Of a stretch of 64,000 nucleotides of DNA, positions 35,101 to 48,134 are shown piece after piece. The translations under genes and the position numbers were made by a program. This DNA is from Tubulanus polymorphus (Eukaryota; Animalia; Nemertea). The notes under the pieces were generated by a model, which did no database searches, was not told the origin of the DNA, and saw only the letters and a list, made by a program, of their open reading frames with translations. Positions within the stretch are counted from its first letter, which is position 1. Each line of letters opens with the position of its first letter. The stretch spans positions 20,249,101 through 20,313,100 of the forward strand of contig NC_134025.1 in NCBI RefSeq assembly GCF_964204645.1, written 5' to 3'.

Positions 35101-38100
35101 TTTGTTTACCGGTAAAGATTTTAAAGTCTTCACTGGAATACCAACATGGCATTTCTTGCGTGATTTTACTATGAAACGCTGTTTCAAACAGTAATTGTTA
35201 GGTTATGTAGTTTCATTTACTAAGTTTATAGTAACTTTCTGTCTAACAGGTATGATCTACTTCGAAAAGAGAAAAATGCAATAGAGGATGAATTGCAGGA
35301 ATTACAAGAAGAAATGAAACTCTCTTCGACAAAGGGCGGCAGTAAGCACCGCGATATCCGGGCGCTGAAAACTATGGTGAAAAACCTAGAAGAAGATTTG
35401 GTGAAAGAGAAAACTAAACATCAACGTGCATTATCGAAACTAAATTCTGAGATTAAGCAGTTATTGACGGAGGTAGGATGGCAAAACATCTCGTTTCTCC
35501 CAATCAACTAAATTTTGGGGCCTGGTTCCATTGTTATAGCTTGAAATTTGACTAGAGTTTGATACTGAATGGAAAGAATTACCTTGTGGTTGTAACTGGA
35601 TAGTATTAGGTAAATCTAATCTTACTCAGAATTGTTGGACCAGGCTTAGAAATTACAGTAATAATCCTAGTAGGATAATCCTAGTAGGTAATCCTACTTC
35701 TGTATTCTTCCTTTATTAGGCCATCAAATATTATACACATACAAATTTATACATTTTTGTCAGAATGAAGAATTGGTCGCTTCGGAGAGAAACCTTAAAG
35801 TTCGAGTTAAAAGTCTTACGAATGAAATGGCGATGTATAAAAGGTAATTGAAATCTTCAATTTTTGATGTTATCACTTGACGAACTTGAGCGTTTTTCAA
35901 AATTGCACCTAGTATAGGGATAATCTGTCAAAAGTCTTGAGTTGTTCGTGTCCAAGCAAAGTGGGGTTTACTGTATGTCTTAATGATTTTGACTACTGTA
36001 GCGCTGTTTTCTGTATTTTTAGAAGAGTAACGCTGTCCCCAGTGCCCGGTCCAAGATCGGCAGGAAGAGATCCGAGTCGCGAAAAGCGATCGGCTTCGAG
36101 GGAGCGAACGAACTACGAAAGGCCAAGGTCGCTATCGAGAGAAAGATCATCGAGTAAAGATCGATTTGGTGGTGCTCCATCCACGTACCGTCGGGAAAGA
36201 AGTTCCTCGACTGAACGACAGAGACCGCATTCGTCATTATCCGGTCGTAAAAGCCGGTCTCCATCTCCTTCACCGGCTGGTAAGAGACTATGCCAAGCTG
36301 CTACCTGTACCCACTCCTCATATAATTGATAGTTTATCGCCTTCCTGATCATCAAGACTTCACCGATATTCCTGTCTGGAGCTAAGGCATCATTTAAAAA
36401 TGAATTATTGTCATTTAGCTGACTCCACAAGCTTAGATATTTCATCACTACGCATGGAAGGGCAGATAAGCTGAACTTCGATTGTCTGACAGATGCGGGG
36501 GGTTGGGTTCAGGCAAAAGTCTGATTGATACCTCCATTTGTTCATCGACTCACTGTGTTAGGGAGGTTATGCATTTGATGTCACAGTGTGTCCTATTAGC
36601 CGGTTAACTGTAAAAAGTCCAAGTTGATACCCATTTGACTGCTCATGCAAGTTACCTCAACTCTGACCCTCTGGAGAGCTTGTCTTTCCCACTCTGTCAA
36701 TGAGATGCCATGGTTTTTGATTCACTAGCCTCGCTTTATTCTGATTACATGTTGCTCATTGATCACTTCTGAAGAACAGTTAGCTACTTGTACTGGTATG
36801 GTCTGTTAGTGGGTACCATGGATCACTGTGGCATCAATAAGTAATAGTATTGATGATATTATACGTAAATAGTTTGACTTAAGCTTGATAATATGATCTA
36901 AATTTTGCTCTGAAGGTTACTGGCATTGTGTTCGAATTTTAGGTTGTAGAGCTCCTCGTTTTGATCCTACTGCGTATATCAAGGAAAAGGAAAGAAGGCG
37001 AAAAGAGACCGACCTTAAAAAGTAAGAGTTCACTGAATGAAAATTGCATGAATCATGATTTTGTACTATATAGTATTGTCTACATATTTGAATGGCATGA
37101 CTCCTAAGGCTAGAAAAGTATACCTTTACGGTTTCTGATTTGTAAAATTGGGGGTCATCGCGTATGTGTTAATCGGTGAATACTTGTATCTGGTTTTCTT
37201 CTGTAGAGGAAGGCATGTTCAAAGTGGAATAAGTCGAAGTGTAGAAAGACAGCCGCGTCCATTTTCTACGTCTCCTGGTTATCTTTGCAACTTACGCCGA
37301 ACATTTGATGGGGGTAAGTGAGCTTAATCTAAACGATAAGGATGAGAGAGATGACAGGTTTAAAATTGCTTCAATTAGGCTCGGAAACTTCTGTCTGCGG
37401 AATTAAATTTCCATTCATTTGCCCTACGTAGTCAGTTAGTTGCTCAGTCTATCCGCCTGTCAATTAACTGGAGATAACATGATGTTGGTGATCAAATGGG
37501 CTACTTAAGTCTCAGTCTGAAATTCTGGGAGAATTGATGATATCACGGTGAACTATGGGGTAGGGTCACTGCAGTGGCCAGGGTAGAATGATTGAACAGT
37601 AAATTGTTTTTATTAGCATTGGTTGCCAATGCTAGTAAAATGGATCGAAAGTCATAGTCGAAAAAAATGCACTCCTCATTTTCATAGTAACTTCAAATTG
37701 TAACTCCGTTCTCGAAAGACAGTAGACACAGCTGAAAATGACTCTAAATTATATTTCAATTATTCCCTACAAGATAGCGTCGTCAGATTTCTGATTTAAT
37801 GGCCCAAATAGGTAATCTATCGCATCTTTAGCCCACTTGGGACTTTAGTAGTCCCAGCTGGCTATTGCGTTCACTTTTCGTCCGTCCGTTCGTCCGTAGA
37901 GGGAATCCAGTTATTTTGGGAAGTTTGGAAGACGCTTCAAGTTAATGTCGTGATACATTGAAGATAATGTCTTCAAGTTAATGTCTTGGGTTACACATGT
38001 ATCTACCCTAGACACATCTTCAGCCCAAAAACTGGCCCTGTCAGAATCAAGATGGCCGACTGGCTGCCATTGTTGTTCGCCAAAATCAGCACTTTTTACA

Positions 38101-40612
38101 CGTTTTTGAGGGAAATTTTGAAGATGCTTAGATAAATTACCTTGATCTTTCGTATATATCTGATACCCCCAAGGGCCCATCAGCATAACAAAAATTGGGT
38201 CAATCGGCCTCAAGATGGCCGTCCTATGACCTTTTTAGTGCCCAAAAATGTCAATTTTGGACCGAATTCTGAGTCCTGTAGCTTCCTACTGATTTGCCAT
38301 TTCTCATTGCAATTGCTGATGGGTATTCTTTGGAAAGGGATGTTTTATACCTGAGACCAGTATTTTTGATCAGCCAATTATGACACAATTGGTGGCCATC
38401 TTGGTGTCATCAGTACTCATTTGTAGGTTGGTAAATGTTTTTCAACATTATATTGATACCTAAGCTTATTTTGTTACCACAATGAATTAGAAAGTTGTAG
38501 CTTATAACGTGTTCTATGATGGTGGTGAGTTTCAAGGTCATTGGTTTGTGTATATGGCCACCAGGGGGCATTGAATAATACAATATCTTAGTATTTCTAT
38601 ATTATAATTGTTCCAATGCATATTTTGTTACCACAATCAATTGCAATGTTGTAGCTCATAACAAGGAACGCCTTTACTAAAGTTAAAACCATTTCATGCT
38701 GATGTCACAAAACATTAAACGGTAAACGGTAGGCAACCACCATGATACGATTTCAACAATAAAGACAGATTATTTTATTCAATTTTACCAGAGTTGTTTA
38801 TTGGAGGATATCATTGTTAAAGTACGCCGAGATGAACCATGTTGTATGATCAATCAGTTGACTGACAGTTTATGGTAAAATTCCATCGGTTTGGCTATGT
38901 TCTACGATAAGTTTTGACTTTAAGATACCCTGCCCGCCTCCTGCGCACTCATGAGGCGGTAGCAGCCCCTTACGCACTTGGCAGATGGATTCGCTTTGTA
39001 ATGCCCGCCGGGAAAAATAACTTTTATCTTTTCCACGCGTTGAACACCACAACAGTGATTAAATTTACACGTTGTTTGTCGCAAATTGCAATATTGCGAT
39101 GGTTATTTGCCGCTGCTGTAGTTTTTGGAATTGAATCGAGCGGCCTGGGTAGCTCAGTGAGATAAGGCGTGATGCTGTTGCATCCACTATCAGTGCTGAG
39201 CGACAAGTGGGTTCGAGTCCTGCTGACTGCTTACAGTGTGCGGGCAACACTTTAAAGGCCGTCGTGAGGTAAATGAACAATCCAATAGGGTTAAAAACCA
39301 AGGTCCGAACGATGTAAACAAACAAAAAGACAAACAAGCAATCATCAGCCTGCATCGCTCTCTTCTGTGCGACGTTTTGATGCATACGTTTACAAGTCCG
39401 GTTGATCTACCTATTATGCATCGGAGTATTTTGCATTCAGAAAAATCGTTCTGTTTTTGTTTTCTTTATTGAGCAATAGGGCATTACAGTTCATGTAAGG
39501 AAAACCACAGTAAGTCGAGATTAACCTTACAGTTGTACGTTGAATACGAATCTTGTGTAGGCGAAAGTGCCAAAATTGTTGTATTTAATGGGTTTTTGTA
39601 TACAAATCTTGATTGATATAAATCTCTTGGCTGGGACACGATGGAAAACATCAGAATAAACTAGTTTCTTTTTAAACAAAATCGCATTAATGAGGTTCAA
39701 CAATACAAATAGCGTAGGCTAAATCGTTCAGCAGAAAAATGAATTTGATTCAATTCTGAAGTCTGTGGTCCTCCCAATAAACATCGTCATAGAACAACTT
39801 CCGGCAGATGTAAAGCATTAATCACTTAATACCTTACCACAGTATAATCTACCAATGCTTCAAGGCCCATGGGCCTCTTGTTTTCACGCTTGGTTCTATG
39901 CATGGTTCCCACAGAACAGGTAAATTGGGAAAAACTTGGGAATTTTGAAATAATAATTCCCGGTTTGGAAATATTTGGGAATTTGAAAAATTTTCCTCAA
40001 ATCAGGGAAATACTTGGGAAATTCATTACATTTCACATATTGCATTTGCCAAGGGCAACTTTCTTCAGCAATTTTCTTTGAAAATCATATTCATCGACCA
40101 GTCTCCACTTAAATGTTGTCTGTTGAATGACGATTTGTGTCCATTTCCATTTGGGAAAATTAAAAAATCACCCATGAAATACTTTGGAAAAGCTTGGGAA
40201 TTTTGAATTCATATAACTGTGGGAACCATGTCTATGAATGGCACTATTTTCTTTTCTGTTGGCCTGCTTTAAGACCTCATTTACTTAATTTTCCCGGTAC
40301 CTGTATATTATGAGAAAACTGAAATTGTTAACAGATTACGTAACAAGAAGATGTTTTCTCCATGAAGTTTTTTCTCCATTTTTCTAGCCTCCAGAAAACC
40401 AAGATCGAGGACCTCCTCGGGTAAGAAGGAGAACGATTTGTCTATTGTGTGTTTTATTTAGAATGAAGAATATATGCAAATGATAGCTGGTACTTAAAAT
40501 AGCGTGTACATGTATAACAGTTTTGGACTTGGGTTACATGAATTCAGTAAAATGTACTTTCAGCTGGTTCACTGAGTGATGCAGGATCTGATACTTCAGC
40601 TGCCAGAAAAAG
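32124..40612 (+). CDS. CCDC61: Coiled-coil domain-containing protein 61 (centriolar/basal body SAS6 paralogue, VFL3); spliced, 3' part unresolved
   Basis: GT-AG exons at 32124-32280, 32647-32729, 33719-33885, 34587-34692, 34826-34872, 35250-35472, 35764-35843, 36023-36279 and 36943-37021; probable exons at 37207-37313, 40388-40420 and 40564-40612. Translation: YMFRGIEY..EVEDRLTTDHW..EDLTHKTGNFKQFNIF..LDLLTYADL..KRYLILTYTVEFDRIHYPLPLIYQGKP..RFDPTAY. Confidence 0.93.
32905..33180. repeat. Inverted pair of decayed tRNA-derived SINE-like sequences in CCDC61 intron 2
   Basis: GGATTCAAACCTGATGGCATCG..ACTAGCCCGAGTGCACA versus TGTGCACTCGGGCTAGT..CGATGCCATCAAGTTTGAATCC. Confidence 0.6.
37827..39884 (+). 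mobile_element. HINE-type element with a (TCCG)n microsatellite and a probable nested insert (~38660-39836)
   Basis: Starts TTTAGCCCACTTGGGAC..GTCCCAG, then (CGTC)n; core homologous to 24120-24920; ends AGGCCCATGGGCCTCTTGTTTT. Confidence 0.65.
39142..39230 (+). other. tRNA-derived SINE-like head
   Basis: A box TAGCTCAGTGAG and B box GGTTCGAGTCC, but no proper cloverleaf. Confidence 0.5.
39901..40230. mobile_element. hAT-like MITE with a 6-bp TSD
   Basis: TIR CATGGTTCCCACAG / CTGTGGGAACCATG; TCTATG at 39895-39900 and 40231-40236. Confidence 0.8.
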
Positions 40613-40979
40613 GTAAGCAATAAATTTCTGAATACGGTAAATGGCTTGCAAAAGATGTACATGTTCCTAATAACCTAGATTCATTTTCTATGTATTGGTT
40701 ATTGTTTTGGAGTAATGAGGTAGCAGCACTGCTACTGTGACAAGCACACACCTGCCAGGATCGCTAGTCCTAGTTCTCAGTAACTGGGCTTCAACTTCTA
40801 CATTTCGATTAGATTCATATCAAATTTTCAAGGGAAAATCTATCCTTTTGATAACTTGTTAGATGATATTTGGATGAATCGAGTTCAAATTTTGTTGAAA
40901 ATTAACTAATTTTCACTATGCATTAATTGATCACCAATATTTGGCATTGTCCTGTATATCAAATCATTTTTCTTGATGT

Positions 40980-41235
40980 TCAACTCCGCCAGATAGTCCT
41001 GCCACTTATTCCAAAAATGTTTTTCTTACAACTGTCGATACCTCCATGGCTTTCCACTTTCGCACCTCTGAAGCTGGGAGTTAACATCTGGTAATGCTTA
41101 AATGCTTGGCCTATCATCAGGTGGGCCGGAGTAAAAGGCAGTGGATCATTTTTATTTGATGACACTTGTGTCAACAGTCTCGAGTTAATCTGACCAAATA
41201 TATCTATCAAAACAGTTTCGAATTCACAAAAGTCA
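40980..41235 (-). pseudogene. Degenerate Bel/Pao integrase fragment
   Basis: INSRLLTQVSSNKNDPLPFTPAHLMIG resembles INSRPISFVSDDPNDLRPISPNDLL in the element near 58.7 kb. Confidence 0.6.
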
Positions 41236-41587
41236 ATCCTGGATTTGCCCCCAAGGCCCATCAGCATAAGAAAAATTGGGTCGATTGGACTCAAGTTGGC
41301 CAAAAATGTCAATTTTGGCCTGAATTCTGAGTCCTGTAGCGTCCTACTGGTTTGCCATTTTGCACTGAAATTTGTGATGGCTATTCTATGGAAAGGGGAT
41401 CTTTAATACCTAAAACAGGTATTTTTGATCAGCCAATTATCAAGCAATTGGTGGCCATCTAAGTGTCATCAGTACTCATTTGTAGGTGGAAAAAAGTTGT
41501 GGCGACTCAGATCACCACAATCCATTTCATGTACACTCTTCCACCTGGCGCAGAATCTCCACAAATTCTCCACAATGACACAATAAT

Positions 41588-41805
41588 CACACCAAATTTG
41601 CCACATTATAAAGATTGGTCACAATATCGAAATTTGCCACAATATCAATAATCACCACAATATCGATAATCGCCACAATATCAAAATTCACCAAAATATC
41701 GAAATTTGTCACAATATCGAAATTTGCCACAATATCTATAATCACCACAATATTGAAATTTGCCACAATTTCGATATTTGCCACAATATCGATAATCGCC
41801 ACAAC
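41588..41805. repeat. 18-bp minisatellite (about 12 copies)
   Basis: CCACAATATCGAAATTTG / CCACAATATCGATAATCG variants. Confidence 0.9.
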
Positions 41806-42641
41806 ACAATTGATCAGTTAACGCCTTGCGTCTTCAAAAAAATTTTACCGGAAATATTTCTTTTTCTGGCAACCACCTGCCTCGACACGCGACGTTCAAG
41901 TTGATACAACTGTCACCGGGGGACCATATCTTCAGTATCCTCGAAGCCATTTTGATTACTTGGTACATCAGTACTTTTTACATGGTAGCCCTTTTGGATC
42001 CACATAATCCAGCATATTGTTGACCCAGGTCGTGCTTCTTGGAAATAGTCCTATGTTATGGACGGATTTGAATAATTTCGATGAAATCTTTTTTACGCTT
42101 CCCATTGCAACATATGAACCAGTTAGGCAGAAACCCGTTATCGCTGCTATGCAGCTTTATTTTGATTTTGTATTGTCTTGGAACGATAGGTTGCAGTTTT
42201 AAGTGCACATTGAAGATATTCTTTCAATCCAGTATCTCCAGAGTCAACTCTAAAGTCAATCAATGCTTGAAAATTGCCAGAGTTTTTGGCACCATTGGCT
42301 AGATATTTGGAATCATATCTGTGACTGCGGAGACTTATATTTTTTTGGCCACACAATAAGATTTTTTATTATTGAACAAAGAACTTCCTGATTTTTTAGC
42401 ATTTGATTGATTGCTTTATCATTTGTTAATGATACAATTTCCTTTTGTTTCTTCTGGGCCTAAGCCACATCTGTCAGTGGAGTGGTACACAGTACTCCGA
42501 GATCCGATTGCAGTAGACTCAATTTTATGGCAAATAGACAAGTCCAGTATACTTTTCTAATCATTGCATCTGAAAGGAGCAAGACCGGTTCTGATAAGTT
42601 GTCACTGAACATTTGTAAGCAGTAATGTCACGGATGAGGGA

Positions 42642-42820
42642 CTAATAAGCAATTAGTTGCCCTTCAGGTTTTGCCTGTACATAAATCGCCCTAAAGACGT
42701 TGAATGCAGTCATCCATTGCTCAATGGAGTTGATGTGGATTGATTGGGGGCCCTTTTTAACCTTCAAAACTGGGGTGCCTCTCACGACATCAAAGCTGTA
42801 TTCCATGGAGCCGGTTGAAT
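42642..42820 (-). pseudogene. Possible DIRS/Ngaro gag-like fragment
   Basis: INSIEQWMTAFNVFRAIY resembles gag regions of tyrosine-recombinase retroelements; short and isolated. Confidence 0.35.
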
Positions 42821-45106
42821 ACACAGGGGTGTGCAGCAAGACCCCCCTCCCCCGCTCTACAAATCTGTTGCCCTGAATCACCTTCTTTATATCAGGACCT
42901 ACTGAATCGACAAGGGGGGTTTGGGCGGCCACCCCCAAGAAAATTTCAAATTTTGGAGCTCTAAGGAGAGTTCTGGAAGCTCTCCAGACAACTAATTACA
43001 TGTCATAAATGATCCATACTTCAAATAAAAACGATAGATTTATACTAAAATTTTTATTTCAAAACAAAAAATATAATCTTTTATTGATTGTCGACTACTT
43101 CCAATCCAACACAGTCTAAAACCGCCTCCAACATTGGTTCAGCCATTGATTTGCAGCTCTTCCAAATTGAATTCCACTATAGGTATTTTGGCATAACTAA
43201 GTCTGATTAGCTTATCAAGAATTCTGATTGAGAGGCGATTCCGGGGATTTGTTTTTATACGGTTTTGTACGCTGAAAGCGAGTTCTGCTTCAGCATTTCC
43301 CATCATCGTAACAAGACATATACTGAACAGCTTGAAGGTTTCTGAAAATACAAATGAAAGATTTTTCATGAGAAAATGCTTTGAGTCCAATGGTCTTAGT
43401 CTAATTTATACAATATATAGCTTCTTTCATACTTGCATATATCCTATAAATATAGGATATACACAACACAAGTATATGAACGAAGATTTATCCTGAAACA
43501 TGAATGATTACCAGGATATATTAGCTTGTTGTCTTCATTTGGACCACCAAATAGTTTCTGAAACAGCTCAGCAGGCCTCAAATAATGATGAGTACCATCT
43601 ATTGCTTCTACCAGTCGATTAAGATTAACTAGTCTTTTAAAAGGCAGGAACTCCTGTTGCAATAACTAAAAGATGCACCCATAGTCAGAACTTAATAAGC
43701 AGATACAAGAATTTCAACTATTTTGGCTTATTGTTGTTTATTTAAAGTTAATTGTTTGTTCTTGTTTATTAACATAATTTATATTTTGCAATTTAAGGAC
43801 GTTTACTAACCTCAGCATTGAAGTTTAAATAGTGATTTACTAATGTGTCTACATCATTCACACCCCATTGTATCAGATTGTTGTTCACCAGTGGATAGGC
43901 TTTTCTATCGAAGATTTACGAAGAAAAATTACAAAAACTTAGTAATAGGCTGTTCTATGTATTCATATTTAACAGCTATAAAAAACTGCTTACCTTCATT
44001 GCGTCAATGATATCTACTTGCGGAAATCTGCGATTTAAGTTGTTAATCAGATCTGTTATCAGTTGGTTCCTTAAATTTTCAAACTGTCTTTGCTGTTGTT
44101 GCAGTCCGCAATTTCTTCCATTCATCACTATCACTGAATTCTTGTATGCCCCATTCAACTCATATTGTCTAAGGGATTCTGCTAAATGGGTCCAAGCAAT
44201 ATTTCTGAACCCCTCCAAAGTGTCTTTGGCATCGTTAAGCTACAAAAAGGAAAAAATACAATTTCATTTTGAAACAAAATTAGTAAAAAGTCACATAAAT
44301 ATTGAATTATGAATAACATTTGGGGCCTACTTACTGCTGATCTGACAGCATTGAAGCATACATCCCTAAACTGAAAAATCTTTGATAAGTGGTTGGTCAC
44401 CAATACAACATCTGCCAATAGATGGAGTAACCCACAGTATTTATACGATGTTAGTTGTTCATACAATCCTTGAGCAACAGGATCACCGTCTGCAGCTTCT
44501 TGAGATAAGAATACAACCAGAGGTTCATAATTTCTTATGATGGTGACTAGACATCTTCCAAGCGATAACCATCTTATCTCATACAATTTCTTGAATTTCA
44601 ATACATCGGTCTCTAGTAGTTCTGCTATCTCTTTGAAGCGCTGTAAACGAGTTGATGCCAGCTGAACAAATGTATATATGGTAGACACCATGCTTGATAA
44701 AACCTGAAAATATAAAATAGTTTTCTTGACTTATGGTACAATATGTAAATGAAGTAAAAACTCTAGTTGCTAATTTGATAATTATATACATGTAATCTAT
44801 AATTGTAATTTTAATTAAGATAATTGTAATTTTTGGCAATCATACCTTCAAATCATTAATCTCCTTACATACTTGTGACACAGCAAGGGCTAATCTATAG
44901 CAAATACAGTGTACAGTTATGCAGAAGGGGTTTTCTTCTTTGAACCTAACTGCCAATCCGTTTTCAGAACCCGTGACCACAGATGCCCCATCGCTTCCCA
45001 GACTGTAGACCTTAGACACTGGTATTTCGTATAACTCCAAAACACTCTTCAGCTTTTCTAATATTGTTTTTGCGGTACTGTCATCTATTGCGACCATGCA
45101 TAAATA

Positions 45107-48100
45107 TAATAATAAATAATAAATTTATTTCCACAATAAAATTACAACATGTCATAAAGAGATATACAAATATGAAATGTTTTAATATAATGTGGAGGAG
45201 ATTAGATGAAGCCAATGAAGGCTTATAAAATCTCTAATCCCCTAGCATACACCGATTCACTCAACTCATACACACATGCAGTCATACACCTTCACCCAAC
45301 ATGCACCCACACACGTAGTCACTCAGGCGGTCAATCACACTATCTTTCATTCACTCTTACAATCTGGTAATAGATGGCAGATACAGACAGATTAATTACA
45401 AATTCATTAGATACAATTTAAGTTTTCTTTTGAAAGTATCTATACACGACAGTTGTTTTAAACTTTTTGGCAAATTATTCCAGACAACAGGACCAGAAAT
45501 TTTTACTGTGAATTGTGTTTTGTTAGTCCGAAATCTGGCAACACGAAAAGAATTCATATTTCTGGTTGAATACGAGTGTATATCAACATTCTTTTTGAAA
45601 TACCGATTAAAGGAATTTGGCAATTTTGAATTATTGAATTTGAACATAAATAGACTTAATTGAAATTTTGTAATATGTCTAAATTTTAGGATATTCAATT
45701 TTTTGAAGATAGGGTCAGTGTGTTCTAGGAAATGAGACTTATTAACTATTCTTACTGCTCTTTTTTGTAGTAGAATTAGTGGATTTAGCTTGTTTGCATA
45801 ATTACTTCCCCAGATTAAATTACAATATTGTAAATGAGGATAAACAAAACTATAATAAAGGGTAATAAGGATATTTGATGGGAAATGCTTTTTTAATCTG
45901 GTTAAAATTCCAATGGAGCGTGACACTTTACTGCAGACATATTTGATATGGACATCCCAATTTAATTTGTCATCTATAAAAAGACCAAGAAAATTCGTAC
46001 TATGTACACGTTTGATTAATTCTCCATTTAACCAAATGGAAGAATTAAAGTGATCTACACGACCAAAAATCATAAAGTGGCATTTCGCAATATTTATTGA
46101 AAGTTTGTTTACTTGATACCAGATGCCAAGTTTCGCCAATTCAGAATTTACTATGGAAACCAATTCTTTGATATTAGAGTTACTATAAAAACAATTCGTG
46201 TCATCGGCAAAGAGGATAAAATGGAGTAATTTGGACGCATTTATGCAATCGTTAACGTATAATAAAAATAACAAAGGGCCTAGAATAGAACCCTGGGGTA
46301 CACCAATTGATACATTTAATGGAGACGATAAGGTATTGTTGAAACTTAAAACTTGATTCCTGTCAGTCAGGTAGCTTTTAAACCAATCATGAGGAACACC
46401 TCGGATTCCGTAATAATCAAGCTTCATTAACAAAATGTCATGGTTAACGGTGTCGAATGCCTTAGACAGGTCCAAGAATAATCCAATAGTAATATTCTTA
46501 TTTTCCAAGGCTTCAGAAAGATTATCAACAACCGTGGTTAATGCCAAATCTGTTGAATGTTTTGAACGAAAGCCAAACTGGTCGGGGGTTACAATATCCT
46601 GTTTGTTACAAAAGGAAACCAATCTGTTGTAAACTAGTTTTTCCAGAATTTTTGAGAAGCTAGGAAGCAAAGATATGGGTCGATAATTATTTAAAGAATT
46701 AGGGGCTCCGGATTTAAACAAAGGACAAACTTTCGCAATTTTGAGTTCATTGGGAACTATTCCAGTCTGAAGACTACGGTTAAAGATATGGGATAAAGGG
46801 AACTTAATGATGTCAATCACCTGTTTTATAACAAAAATACTCAAACCATCGACACCGGCACTCTTCTTTAAGGGGAAACCCGAGACCACATCACTTATTT
46901 CATGAGGTGAAGTCGGAAAGAGAAATAGACTTTCATTGACACGTTTATTCATATATTGATGAAAGGATTGCCCTGTATCAGGGATTTGAGTAGCAAGCCT
47001 TTCACCAATATTTGCAAAAAAATTGTTAAACTCGTTGGCGATGTTTATATTACCAGAAATAACACGTTGATCAGAAGTAAAAGAATTAGGCATTTTAGAA
47101 TAAATGTTTCTACCTAAAACTGTGTTCAACAGTTTCCACTTTTCTTTCATATCATTTCCAGCAGCGAGCAATTTTTCAGAATAATAATTAGATTCGGCTT
47201 TGTTAATAAGCTTTGAAATGAGATTTTTGTACGAGTTGTATTTTGATTTTATTTTTTCTGAACGTGTTCTAATAAATTTCCTATAAAGGTTGTTTTTTGT
47301 TTTAATTGCTGCGATAATACCAGGAGTTATCCATGGTTTATGGAATGTGGGATTAATATGATTAACTGGTACCAGAGGGAAAACTTGATTGAAAACTAAA
47401 GAAACTTTTTCAATGAAAGTAGTGTAAGCAACTGAGGGATTATCAGATGAATACACTTCATTCCAGTTAATATTCATAAGTAATCTGTTGAAATTAGAAA
47501 TATTGCGCTGCGAGAAAATTCTAGTTTTAAAAGGTTGTCTGTCAGACAGAGGCTGATCACCACTGCAGATAGTAAATATTGGGTAATGATCCGAAAGGTC
47601 GGTCATAAAAATCCCAGATTTGTGAACATGTCGCAAATCGTTACAAAAAATATTGTCAATTAAGGATGTCGAGTCACAAGTTACTCGAGTTGGCTTGTCA
47701 ATCAAAGGTGAAAAAGAATGAGAAAATAAAGATTCGAGAAATATTTCAGTATCTTTGTGCGTATCATATTTCATGAGATCTATATTAAAGTCCCCCACCA
47801 GGTAGCAAAGTTTGTTCTCGCGAGTAATTTCTGCCGTTAAAACTTCAAATTCATCTTGAAAAGTTGGTAATTTTCCTCCTGGAGGTCTATATATTACTCC
47901 AATAATAATATTGGATTTTTTATCTAAAACAATTTCGATGAATAAAGATTCGAAAGTATGATTCCTAGTTGATAAGTCTGTCCGTACTTTGAAATTGAAA
48001 TTTTCCTTTAGGAAGAGAGCTACGCCGCCACCAAGTTGACCATTGGCGCGGGATTTAAAAATACTCGTGTAACCGTTAATTCTATACAAATTGGAGTTAG

Positions 48101-48134
48101 AATTATTTGAATTAGTCCAAGTCTCGGTCAAACC
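45107..48134 (-). mobile_element. 5'-truncated L2/CR1-group LINE inserted in a hAT transposase exon
   Basis: AAATA at 45102-45106 and 48135-48139. Removal restores YIDTEICDMVTTYL-CMVAIDDSTA. AATAAA plus an AT-rich tail near 45107-45130. Confidence 0.88.
45396..48134 (-). CDS. LINE ORF2 (APE + RT), uninterrupted but missing the extreme N-terminus
   Basis: LTETW, GGGVA, YRPP, GDFN, SDH, NYRPISLL, QFGFR, DLSKAFD, GVPQGSILGP, FADD, FLG; about 912 codons without a stop. Confidence 0.95.
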   Translation of the reverse strand, partial: GLTETWTNSNNSNSNLYRINGYTSIFKSRANGQLGGGVALFLKENFNFKVRTDLSTRNHTFESLFIEIVLDKKSNIIIGVIYRPPGGKLPTFQDEFEVLTAEITRENKLCYLVGDFNIDLMKYDTHKDTEIFLESLFSHSFSPLIDKPTRVTCDSTSLIDNIFCNDLRHVHKSGIFMTDLSDHYPIFTICSGDQPLSDRQPFKTRIFSQRNISNFNRLLMNINWNEVYSSDNPSVAYTTFIEKVSLVFNQVFPLVPVNHINPTFHKPWITPGIIAAIKTKNNLYRKFIRTRSEKIKSKYNSYKNLISKLINKAESNYYSEKLLAAGNDMKEKWKLLNTVLGRNIYSKMPNSFTSDQRVISGNINIANEFNNFFANIGERLATQIPDTGQSFHQYMNKRVNESLFLFPTSPHEISDVVSGFPLKKSAGVDGLSIFVIKQVIDIIKFPLSHIFNRSLQTGIVPNELKIAKVCPLFKSGAPNSLNNYRPISLLPSFSKILEKLVYNRLVSFCNKQDIVTPDQFGFRSKHSTDLALTTVVDNLSEALENKNITIGLFLDLSKAFDTVNHDILLMKLDYYGIRGVPHDWFKSYLTDRNQVLSFNNTLSSPLNVSIGVPQGSILGPLLFLLYVNDCINASKLLHFILFADDTNCFYSNSNIKELVSIVNSELAKLGIWYQVNKLSINIAKCHFMIFGRVDHFNSSIWLNGELIKRVHSTNFLGLFIDDKLNWDVHIKYVCSKVSRSIGILTRLKKHFPSNILITLYYSFVYPHLQYCNLIWGSNYANKLNPLILLQKRAVRIVNKSHFLEHTDPIFKKLNILKFRHITKFQLSLFMFKFNNSKLPNSFNRYFKKNVDIHSYSTRNMNSFRVARFRTNKTQFTVKISGPVVWNNLPKSLKQLSCIDTFKRKLKLYLMNL

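Noticed and set aside
41588-41805. CRISPR-like array or repetitive ORFs (41587-41802, 41615-41821)
   Set aside because: Head-to-tail 18-bp minisatellite with no unique spacers and no cas genes, in a eukaryotic context.
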